This document shows positions 57,115 to 64,000 of a DNA stretch of 64,000 bases, piece after piece (position 1 is the stretch's first letter; each line of letters starts with the position of its first letter). The position numbers and the translations under genes were made by a program. This stretch comes from Spirochaetia bacterium. Lineage in GTDB: Bacteria; Spirochaetota; Spirochaetia; SZUA-6; Bin103. The notes below the pieces were generated by a model that saw nothing but the letters and a program-made list of their open reading frames with translations, did no database searches and was not told where the DNA came from. The stretch lies in assembly GCA_965203515.1 (NCBI GenBank), contig OZ241907.1, positions 1,408,001 through 1,472,000 of the forward strand, in the 5' to 3' direction.

Positions 57115-58256
57115 GGTTCGGCGGCACGGTGCGCCATTCCGGCCATGCGCGGCAAGGGTGCGGGCAGAGGGCGGCGGATGGAAGACGGCCCGTATGGTCG
57201 CCCACTACTCGGCAGGGGCGACCGCCGAACGGGGCGCCGTCGCCAAGTACCTGTGAGCGATGAAGAACCATGACGGTCCGGAAACCCGGTGACTGCTTGA
57301 CTGAGCTCAGCCATCCGTTGTCGCCGCCTCAGGGTCGTCATCCCACGGCTCAGGGTCGTCATCCCACGGCGAGGAGCTTCTCATATAGTAGAACTTCCCG
57401 TTTTGCATCGGGCCCCTCGTAGCGCCGTCGGTCCGAGACCGGTGCACGTAACGGCACCGCCGGCACGCAGACCGGTACTCCGCCCCATCGTGCCCGAGTT
57501 CGGACGCAGGCAGGATCGAACGCCATTCCGGCGACCACTCGTGCGGCTCACCGTCCGGGCAAAGGTCATCCGTGGCATCCATCCACGGCGGCCAGGCCAC
57601 GTCACGGGGTACCGTGAGTTCCGGTTCCTGAGGCGGCGCATCGTCCTCCACGGCGTCCATGCCTTCTCCGTGCAGGTCGCCCATGACCCCGCCGTAGGGT
57701 TGCGCTTCGTCGACGAACCAGAAGGCACCGTCGGTACGGTCCCCATACCTCCACTCACGGGTCTTCCCTATCGCCACGAGCACCACGCGCTGCACGTTGT
57801 CGGAGGCTCCTTCCAGAAACACTGTTTCCCGCAACGCCTCCCCGCGGCTTGGCGCCAACACGTACTCCCCGCCTTCGACGCCGCCGAACACCTCGACGCT
57901 CAGGTCGTAGGGGCGTAGATGGTCCTCATCGCCTTCGTACAGAGGCGACGGCTCCGTATCCGGCTTGACGTACGGGACGCCGCCGAACCGTAGCGACGGA
58001 TCGACCGTGCGGCCGTCGTCGCTCAACAACTCCACGTAATAGAGGTTGTCGGCGTCGCGGCTTGCCTTGATGGCGGCGGCGAACGCGTCGCGGCGGGTCT
58101 GCGCTTCAACGGTCACGCGCGTCTGCAGGCCGCCGAATTCCCGAAGGAGCATCTCGTAACGCCGCAGAGCGGCGCCGGCCGTGGTCATGGTTGGCCTCCT
58201 CGACAGGATGTTCGCGCGAGCATAGCAGCAAACCGAGTCAAGCACATCACCGGTTC
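57114..58256. mobile_element. Element 2: deleted derivative of element 1 (recombinase reduced to its ends, one cargo gene)
   Basis: 57126-57174 matches 53217-53265 and joins directly to sequence matching 53795 onward. Possible 6-bp direct repeat CGGTTC at 57114-57119 and 58251-58256. Confidence 0.7.
57307..58188 (-). CDS. Unknown cargo protein, copy 3
   Basis: GAGGAGG RBS; upstream TGCTATGCT box at 58219-58227; mosaic of copy 1 and copy 2 alleles. Confidence 0.8.
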   Translation of the reverse strand: MTTAGAALRRYEMLLREFGGLQTRVTVEAQTRRDAFAAAIKASRDADNLYYVELLSDDGRTVDPSLRFGGVPYVKPDTEPSPLYEGDEDHLRPYDLSVEVFGGVEGGEYVLAPSRGEALRETVFLEGASDNVQRVVLVAIGKTREWRYGDRTDGAFWFVDEAQPYGGVMGDLHGEGMDAVEDDAPPQEPELTVPRDVAWPPWMDATDDLCPDGEPHEWSPEWRSILPASELGHDGAEYRSACRRCRYVHRSRTDGATRGPMQNGKFYYMRSSSPWDDDPEPWDDDPEAATTDG

Positions 58257-58278
58257 TGGCGTTGGTCGCGTCGCTCGA

Positions 58279-58775
58279 TCAATCGCATCCACCGTATCTC
58301 CGTACGTGCGGCGGGCAACTGATCGGCGGACTCGTGTGCCCGCCGCCACCCGGAAGGAGACCGCGCGGTCGTGAACCAGGCTGTTGCGCACGTGTCGGCT
58401 TTGGCTTTGCGACGGCGCGTCTTTTATTCGTCAGGTTGTAGCCACGTGATCTGTACTGATCCATGAAGTGCTGCTCCAAATTTTGGCTTCCTGATAAGCC
58501 GTTCCCGAGCCTGCCGGGACGTTGCCGGAGTAGTATCTCCGCCACAGCACGGTAGCCTGCTGTTCCACCCAGCGCGTACGCCTCCGGGGTAGCGCCTGCT
58601 CATGACGGCGCCGAATCTGCGATTCCCTGCCAGGCTGCTCTGCCGACGTCTGTTCGTGTTCAGGTTCTCCGTTCTTCCTGCGGTTTCTGATCGATGCCGC
58701 TATCCCTGCGCCAACCAACACGAGCAAACCGGTGCTGGCAACCACTACAAGCACCGTAACGAGATGGTCAGCCAT
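58279..58775 (-). pseudogene. Frameshifted membrane-anchored hypothetical protein, possibly GIY-YIG-like
   Basis: GAGGAGG RBS and TM helix. The frame reading ...AYQEAK continues as NLEQHFMDQYRSRGYNLTNK in another frame at AAAATTT (~58478-58484). Confidence 0.4.
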
Positions 58776-58871
58776 ATTCGCGATCCTCCTCATGGTTCCA
58801 GGACATACTACCAACGCTGAATAGCGCCGTCCGGCCAGCGCCAGCGCCTCCACGGTTTCCGGGCGACGAAC

Positions 58872-58900
58872 TTGACTCAACTACTTTCCATGGTTATACT
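58872..58900 (+). promoter_or_regulatory. Near-consensus sigma70 promoter, probably leaderless transcript
   Basis: TTGACT-17 bp-TATACT; ATG begins 7 nt downstream at 58907; no SD sequence. Confidence 0.8.
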
Positions 58901-58906
58901 TATTCC

Positions 58907-60298
58907 ATGAACGGCACTCGTTCCGACACCGCCGACGCAGCCATCACGACCACCGTTTCAGCTCTCTCCGACGACCGCCTGCTGGAGCGGACCAAGGAAC
59001 TGTCCGGCATCGAACACCAGCTCGAAGTCGTCGTCATCGACCACCTGCGCGAGATAGATAAGCGCCACCTGTACCTGCGCCGCGGGTTCTCAAGCCTCTT
59101 CGATTACGCGGTCCGCGAGCTCGGATACAGCGACGCCGCCGCTTGGCGGCGCCTCAAGGCGATGCGCCTCTGCGCCGACATCGACGGCGTGCGCGAGCGC
59201 CTGCAGGACGGCTCGATGACCCTGAACGCCGCCGCGCAGTTGCAGAACGCCTTTGATCGGCAGGAGCGCAACAGGGATCGCGCGGCGCGCAGCGCGCCGG
59301 GCGAGGACGGGTTCGGGGCCGCCGCGCGGTCGCAGGACGGCTCGGCGCCGGGGCCGACTCAGCCGGCGGAACGGAAGCCGGCGCCGGTGCTGGACCGGTC
59401 GGCGCGGCGGGCGCTGGTGGAGCAGGCGGCCGGCAAGAGCAGCCGGCAGGTGATGCAGTTGCTGGCCGAGGTGGACCCGGAGATGACGGCGCCGCCGGAT
59501 CGGGTACGCCCGCTCGGCGCCGGGCGCTGGGAGCTCAAGGCGGTCATCGACGATGAGTGCCGGCGCGGTTTGGAGCTGCTCAAGGGCCTCCTGTCCCACG
59601 TCGATCCACACATGACGTTGGGTCAGCTCATGGGGCGGCTGGTGCGGGAAGGGCTCGACCGCCACGACCCGGCCCGTCCGCCGCGCGGGAGCCGCACCGG
59701 CTCACACGCCGCAGGCGCCGAGCAGACTTCGGCGGCGAAGACGCAGGCGGCCAGCTCGGCCCAGGCGGCCGGGCAGCCGGGGAACGAAGCGGCTTCGCCG
59801 TTGAAGGCGTACCTCGGCCCGGAACACCCGGACACTTCGGCAGCGAAGCCGGCGGGCGATACCACTTCGGCGCCGAAGCAGGATGCCAACGCGGACAGCG
59901 CCGCTCCTTCGGCGGCGAAGGTATCGGCCCAGGCGACGGGGCAGCCGGGAGACGAAGCCGCTTCGCGGCTGCAGGCGGACCGCTGCCCGGACACTTCGGC
60001 GCCGAAGACGCGGTGCCTCGGCCGGCAGGCTGCGGCGTGTGCAGAGCGGGCGGCTGGCGCGACCGGCCGCTCCATCCCGGCGGCGGTCAAGCGCGCGGTC
60101 TGGCGGCGCGACCGGGGCCGCTGCAGCTACGTCGACCGCACCAGCGGGCGCTGCTGCGGCTCTCAACACCTGCTGCAGATCGATCACGTCGTGCCGTACG
60201 CCCAGGGCGGCGCCGCCGAGCCGAACAATCTCCGACTGCTGTGCGCCGCGCATCACCGCCACCGCCACGCAGGCACCGGATTCGGCCGCCCCGGCTGA
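58907..60298 (+). CDS. HNH endonuclease with DUF222-like N-terminal domain and repetitive linker
   Basis: HL.EID.R.LY...GFSSLF.Y....LGYS...A.RR; C-terminal R.IPA.VKR.V..RD.G.C...C....LQIDH..P...GG.....NL..LC..HH. Confidence 0.88.
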   Translation: MNGTRSDTADAAITTTVSALSDDRLLERTKELSGIEHQLEVVVIDHLREIDKRHLYLRRGFSSLFDYAVRELGYSDAAAWRRLKAMRLCADIDGVRERLQDGSMTLNAAAQLQNAFDRQERNRDRAARSAPGEDGFGAAARSQDGSAPGPTQPAERKPAPVLDRSARRALVEQAAGKSSRQVMQLLAEVDPEMTAPPDRVRPLGAGRWELKAVIDDECRRGLELLKGLLSHVDPHMTLGQLMGRLVREGLDRHDPARPPRGSRTGSHAAGAEQTSAAKTQAASSAQAAGQPGNEAASPLKAYLGPEHPDTSAAKPAGDTTSAPKQDANADSAAPSAAKVSAQATGQPGDEAASRLQADRCPDTSAPKTRCLGRQAAACAERAAGATGRSIPAAVKRAVWRRDRGRCSYVDRTSGRCCGSQHLLQIDHVVPYAQGGAAEPNNLRLLCAAHHRHRHAGTGFGRPG

Positions 60299-60432
60299 GG
60301 ATCGTCAGGCGCCGGTCCCGTTCAGCCCGCTGCTGCCGAAGGCGGAAACCGCGATCAGGATCGCCGAGATCAAGTCGGCATATCAGGGCAGGGCGCTTGC
60401 CGGCCGGCGGGCCGCCGGGGGAGACTGGCGGC

Positions 60433-61581
60433 ATGAAGATCGCACGGATCGAGACGCACGTCGTCCGGGGCGGACGCCGCAACCTCTGCATAATCCGCAT
60501 CGAGTCGAGCGACGGCTTCGTCGGCATCGGCGAATCGGGGCTGACCGGCCGCGAGCTGGCCGTGCGCGGCGCGGTCGACCACTTCCGGGAGTTCCTGACC
60601 GGCCGCGACCCGCGCCGCATCGGGGCGATCTGGCAGGAGGTCTACCGCAGCCAGTACTTCGAGGGCGGACGCGTGCTCACCGCGGCGCTGTCGGCGATCG
60701 ACATAGCCCTGCACGACCTGGTCGCCCGCTCGCTGGGCGTGCCGGTCTACCAGCTCCTGGGCGGCCGGCAGCGCGACCGCGTGCCGTGCTTCGCCACCAC
60801 CCGGCGCGGCTTCGGCGCGGAGGCGGTGTCCGACGTGGTGGGCTTGGTCGACGACGGCTGGCCGTGCGTGCGGCTGCCGGTGCCGGTCGACGACAAGGCC
60901 GGCGTCTTCGATCCGCGCGGGTCGATCGGCGCGGCGGCCGAGACGCTGATCGCGGCCCGCCAGGCGATCGGCCGCCGGGCGGCGCTCGGCATCGATTACC
61001 ACCACCGCCTGTCGGTGGCGGAGGCGGCCAGCTTCTGTCAGGCGATGCCGCCCGGCACCATCGACTTCCTGGAAGAGCCGATCCGCGACGAGACGCCGGC
61101 GGCCTATCAGGCGCTGCAGCGCATGACGCACGTACCGATGGCGATCGGCGAGGAGTTCGCCAGCAAGTGGCAGTTCCTGCCCTACCTGGAGGCCGGCATC
61201 CCGGCGTTCGCGCGAGTCGACATCTGCAACGTCGGCGGCTTTACCGAGGCCATGAAGGTCGCCGGCTGGTGCGAGGCGCATTACGTCGACCTGATGCCGC
61301 ATAACCCGCTGGGGCCGGTGAGCACCGCCGCCAACCTCCATCTGGCCGCCGCCTCCGCGCAGTACGCGTGGCTTGAGGATCGCGGTTCGGAAGGGCTCAA
61401 CCACTTCGACCGGGAGATGTTCCCGGTCATGCCGTTGCTCGACGGGGTCACCTACGCGGTGCCGGACGGCCCGGGCCTTGGCGTCGAGTTCGACCCGGAG
61501 GCGCCGCTGGCCAAGGAGCCGTTGCAGCTCTGGGAGGCGCCCCACCTGCGCCGGCCGGACGGCTCGTACACCAACTGGTAG
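60433..61581 (+). CDS. Mandelate racemase/muconate lactonizing enzyme family protein (galactonate dehydratase-like)
   Basis: GIGES, SAIDIALHDL, PVYQLLGG, IDYHHR, FLEEP, GEE, PHNP.GP, PGLGV. Confidence 0.92.
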   Translation: MKIARIETHVVRGGRRNLCIIRIESSDGFVGIGESGLTGRELAVRGAVDHFREFLTGRDPRRIGAIWQEVYRSQYFEGGRVLTAALSAIDIALHDLVARSLGVPVYQLLGGRQRDRVPCFATTRRGFGAEAVSDVVGLVDDGWPCVRLPVPVDDKAGVFDPRGSIGAAAETLIAARQAIGRRAALGIDYHHRLSVAEAASFCQAMPPGTIDFLEEPIRDETPAAYQALQRMTHVPMAIGEEFASKWQFLPYLEAGIPAFARVDICNVGGFTEAMKVAGWCEAHYVDLMPHNPLGPVSTAANLHLAAASAQYAWLEDRGSEGLNHFDREMFPVMPLLDGVTYAVPDGPGLGVEFDPEAPLAKEPLQLWEAPHLRRPDGSYTNW

Positions 61582-61630
61582 CCCTGCCTGACAGCCCTGC
61601 CTGGTCGCGCTGCCGCTCCGTCCGGCGGAC

Positions 61631-62857
61631 CTACTCCCGCTTGACCCGCACCCGGAATCCGCGCGGTATCTCCCTGACGTCCCGATCCGTGGCGATGATC
61701 GCGTAACCGCCGCCGGAGTGGCTGGTCGTCCGGCCCGTACCCAGCGCGTCATAGCGGTCGAGCACGGCATCGATCTCCGCGTCGGTGCTGAGCGGCAGTA
61801 TCTCCCTCCACGTGTCGTGGGTCCGGGTCAGACACCGCCCCAGTGCATCGAGGTCCCGGTTCAGGATGGCGTCGTAGCAATCCCTGCCCGCGGCGCCCAG
61901 CTCCCGAATCGCCGCCGGCGTGAAGTTCCGAATCGCCAACGGATCGTATCCGGCCGGCGTCTCGCCGATCGGCGCCAGGACCAGGTGCTCCTGCAGCCAC
62001 GCGCAGACGCCCGCATCGGTAGTCGACTCGATCTTCTTCGGCCAATACCCCTTGTGCACGCCGTGATCGTAATCGAGCCGGCTGACGCCGGGATGGGTGA
62101 GACCGACGTGATCCTGGCTCCCCGACAGGTAGCCGCTTCGGTGCGCAGGGTCCCGATACCCGTTCGTCAGCTCCCTGCCGTTCTCGACGTGGTACAGCAG
62201 GACCGCCAGCTCCTCCGCGGGCAGGTCGGTGCGCAACCCCTTGCCGACCAGATCGCTCCATACCTTGCGGGTACTGGTGGCAAGGCCGGAGTGCGCGAAG
62301 AGATCCGGCCGATATTCGATGCGGACGACCGTCGCCGACCCGGGTCCATACCGGTTCACGTACGGCTGGTCGATCCATCCGCCGGCCAGACAGAGCCGGT
62401 AGGGAAGATGACGGCCGCTCTTCGCCCGCAATTCGGTCGAACTCCTGCCTGGCAGGCCCGGGTGCGGCTCCCGCTTCAGGACCACGTACTCGACGCCCAA
62501 CGACCGGCACAGCTTCCGCTTGCCGGGCGTGTGGCCATCTTCGTTGACCACGAAGTAATCCGGGCGAATGGCCGTCAACTCATTGCGGAAGTCGAGCATG
62601 CCGAAGCCGGTGGCGATCATCGCCTCCTTGACCGGCTTGAGGTTCCGTACGATGTACGCGCGTTCCTCCTGACCATAGGTTGGATCGACCTGCTTCAGCA
62701 TCCTGATGCTGGCGTCCGTACCGATCACCACGTACAGATCGCCGAACGCCGATGCCTGCATGAGAAACTCGAGATGTCCCGCGTGAAACAGATCGAAACA
62801 TCCGCTCACCATCACCTTCTTGTGGTTCACCTTCTTGTCGTTCGCCATCATCTCCAT
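61631..62857 (-). CDS. Cytidylyltransferase-family domain fused to a GHMP-kinase-like domain
   Basis: VSGCFDLFHAGH, RSST; then PYRL.LAGGWIDQP, SGLATST, SGSQD, SGGGY. Confidence 0.8.
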   Translation of the reverse strand: MEMMANDKKVNHKKVMVSGCFDLFHAGHLEFLMQASAFGDLYVVIGTDASIRMLKQVDPTYGQEERAYIVRNLKPVKEAMIATGFGMLDFRNELTAIRPDYFVVNEDGHTPGKRKLCRSLGVEYVVLKREPHPGLPGRSSTELRAKSGRHLPYRLCLAGGWIDQPYVNRYGPGSATVVRIEYRPDLFAHSGLATSTRKVWSDLVGKGLRTDLPAEELAVLLYHVENGRELTNGYRDPAHRSGYLSGSQDHVGLTHPGVSRLDYDHGVHKGYWPKKIESTTDAGVCAWLQEHLVLAPIGETPAGYDPLAIRNFTPAAIRELGAAGRDCYDAILNRDLDALGRCLTRTHDTWREILPLSTDAEIDAVLDRYDALGTGRTTSHSGGGYAIIATDRDVREIPRGFRVRVKRE

Positions 62858-64000
62858 CCCAGGGTCGCGGCGCCGAAGGCGCGTTCGAACTCGTCATTGG
62901 ATGCGTACCGCCACCCGAACGCCCGGTCCCAGATCGCCGCCTTCTCCATGCACAGGTACAGGAACACCCGGCCGTGCCACGGCGCCAGCGCCCGATACAT
63001 GGTGTGGAACATCCGCACCTTGAGGTCGTCGGGATAGGTGAGCTTGCCGTGCGGGTCGGCGACCAGGTCGGCCTGCAGGATGCGGGTCGGCTCGCCGCGC
63101 TGCCGGATGCGCTTCATCACCGGCTTGATGAAGGTGACCGATCCCAGCGAGATGAAGGCGACCTCCGCCGGGTCGAACCGGTCGATCAGGCGGGCCGCCA
63201 GCGCCGGATACTCGGTCTCCCAGCCGTCGTAGTGGACCATCGGATGGAAGTGGAACGCCACCTTGCGGCCAAGATCCGCGAAGCGGCGGGCGGCGGCCAG
63301 CCGGCGCTCCAGGGGAGCGGTGAAGTGCTCCTCGTGCTCGATGACGGCCGCGGTGTTGAGCGACCAGCTACAGACCAGGTTCGGCGGCGGCGCCGGGCGC
63401 TCCAGGAAGTAGCTGACGTTGGCCGACTTGGTCTTCAGCTCCAGCAGGACGTTGGGATGCTCGGCCGCGAACCGGCACAGCTCGTCCAGGATGCCGCCGC
63501 GGTTGCCCCAGACCAGCGAATCGGAGGACTGGCCGGTGCCGATGTGGTAGAAGCGCCGGTCGTCCAGCTCGATCGCGCGCAACTTGCGTCCCAGGTCGCG
63601 GTCGACGGTCACGCGGTCGCCGTAGAAGGTCTGGATCGTGCAGTAGCTGCAGCCGAACGAGCAGTTTTGCACCGCGTCGATCGTCTTGAGGTTGCAGCAC
63701 AGGGTGCGGTCGGATCGAACCGGGCAGTCGCCGAACACCTCCGCCTCCCCGGCCGCGTCGGCAAAGCGGAGCGGCGGCCGGCGCGGCGCCGGCGCCGGGC
63801 GGCGGTCGTACCGGGTCGGCTCGCGCCGCAGCCGGTCCAGGTGCTCGCGCAGCGCGCCGATCAGCCGCTTCTTGCGCTCGCGCGCCGGCAGGGCGGAGTC
63901 GATATCCGACTCGGCGCGCGCCCACCACGCGCCGATGCCGGGCTCGCCCCACATCGCCAGGTCGCGGGCGGCCTGGCACAGGTGCCGCACCTCCTGCGCC
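62848..64000 (-). CDS. Spore photoproduct lyase-like radical SAM protein (5' end outside the window)
   Basis: NCSFGCSYC (CxxxCxxC), GTGQSSDSL, LELKTKS, SWSLN, FHFHP, YLCME. Confidence 0.85.
   Translation of the reverse strand, partial: AQEVRHLCQAARDLAMWGEPGIGAWWARAESDIDSALPARERKKRLIGALREHLDRLRREPTRYDRRPAPAPRRPPLRFADAAGEAEVFGDCPVRSDRTLCCNLKTIDAVQNCSFGCSYCTIQTFYGDRVTVDRDLGRKLRAIELDDRRFYHIGTGQSSDSLVWGNRGGILDELCRFAAEHPNVLLELKTKSANVSYFLERPAPPPNLVCSWSLNTAAVIEHEEHFTAPLERRLAAARRFADLGRKVAFHFHPMVHYDGWETEYPALAARLIDRFDPAEVAFISLGSVTFIKPVMKRIRQRGEPTRILQADLVADPHGKLTYPDDLKVRMFHTMYRALAPWHGRVFLYLCMEKAAIWDRAFGWRYASNDEFERAFGAATLGWR

Noticed and set aside
54824..57271. 815-aa ORF as a single protein
   Set aside because: The 5' part is an off-frame read through mgdA; only 54824-55795 is the cargo gene.
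53927..58188. Diversity-generating retroelement (VR/TR pair)
   Set aside because: There is no reverse transcriptase in the window, and the differences include indels and block swaps rather than adenine-specific substitutions.
59727..60007. CRISPR array from repeated palindromes
   Set aside because: Repeats are only 14 bp, irregularly spaced (108, 30, 42, 87 bp), in frame within an ORF, with related spacers and no cas genes.
60299..60432. Possible DUF4143-like remnant (IAEIKS) after the HNH gene
   Set aside because: Too short to distinguish from chance.
1..64000. tRNA, rRNA, riboswitch or IS with terminal inverted repeats
   Set aside because: None was recognised by eye. Intergenic spaces are short and no DDE transposase is present. 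A covariance-model scan would be needed to exclude small RNAs.

Overview
GC-rich bacterial chromosomal window. The housekeeping gene neighbourhood (mfd, metK, NusG-II, Gx transporter, GerMN, amidase, xseAB, DUF192) and the expansion of Uma2/Rpn/AAA genes suggest a high-GC Spirochaetota-like organism; this is inference only. There are four parts. (1) 0.3-21.9 kb is a defence island. Its core is a restriction-like trio: XRE-HTH/SNF2 helicase/DUF3883, DUF1156 adenine methylase and DUF499 ATPase. It is interleaved with a DUF262+HEPN pair, an Rpn/YhgA nuclease, two apparently damaged ABC-type ATPases and four Uma2 nucleases, two of which form an ~850 bp inverted repeat. (2) 22-45 kb holds housekeeping genes with one foreign insertion (DUF4062 gene plus a kinase fragment). 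(3) 44.9-57.1 kb is a complete N-methylglutamate (methylamine) pathway: mgdABCD, gmaS, mgsA and a fused mgsBC. The operon is split between mgdA and mgdB by a 2,666 bp element bounded by a 6-bp direct repeat (CATCTC). The element carries a Cre-like tyrosine recombinase remnant and tandem copies of an unknown gene with discrete variable blocks. A second, internally deleted copy sits on the other side of mgdA. This is the best candidate for an undescribed system. (4) 58.3-64 kb has a leaderless HNH gene, an enolase-superfamily enzyme, a cytidylyltransferase-GHMP fusion and a partial SPL-like radical SAM gene. No rRNA, tRNA, CRISPR array or reverse transcriptase was seen. All family calls come from motif recognition by eye, not from database searches.
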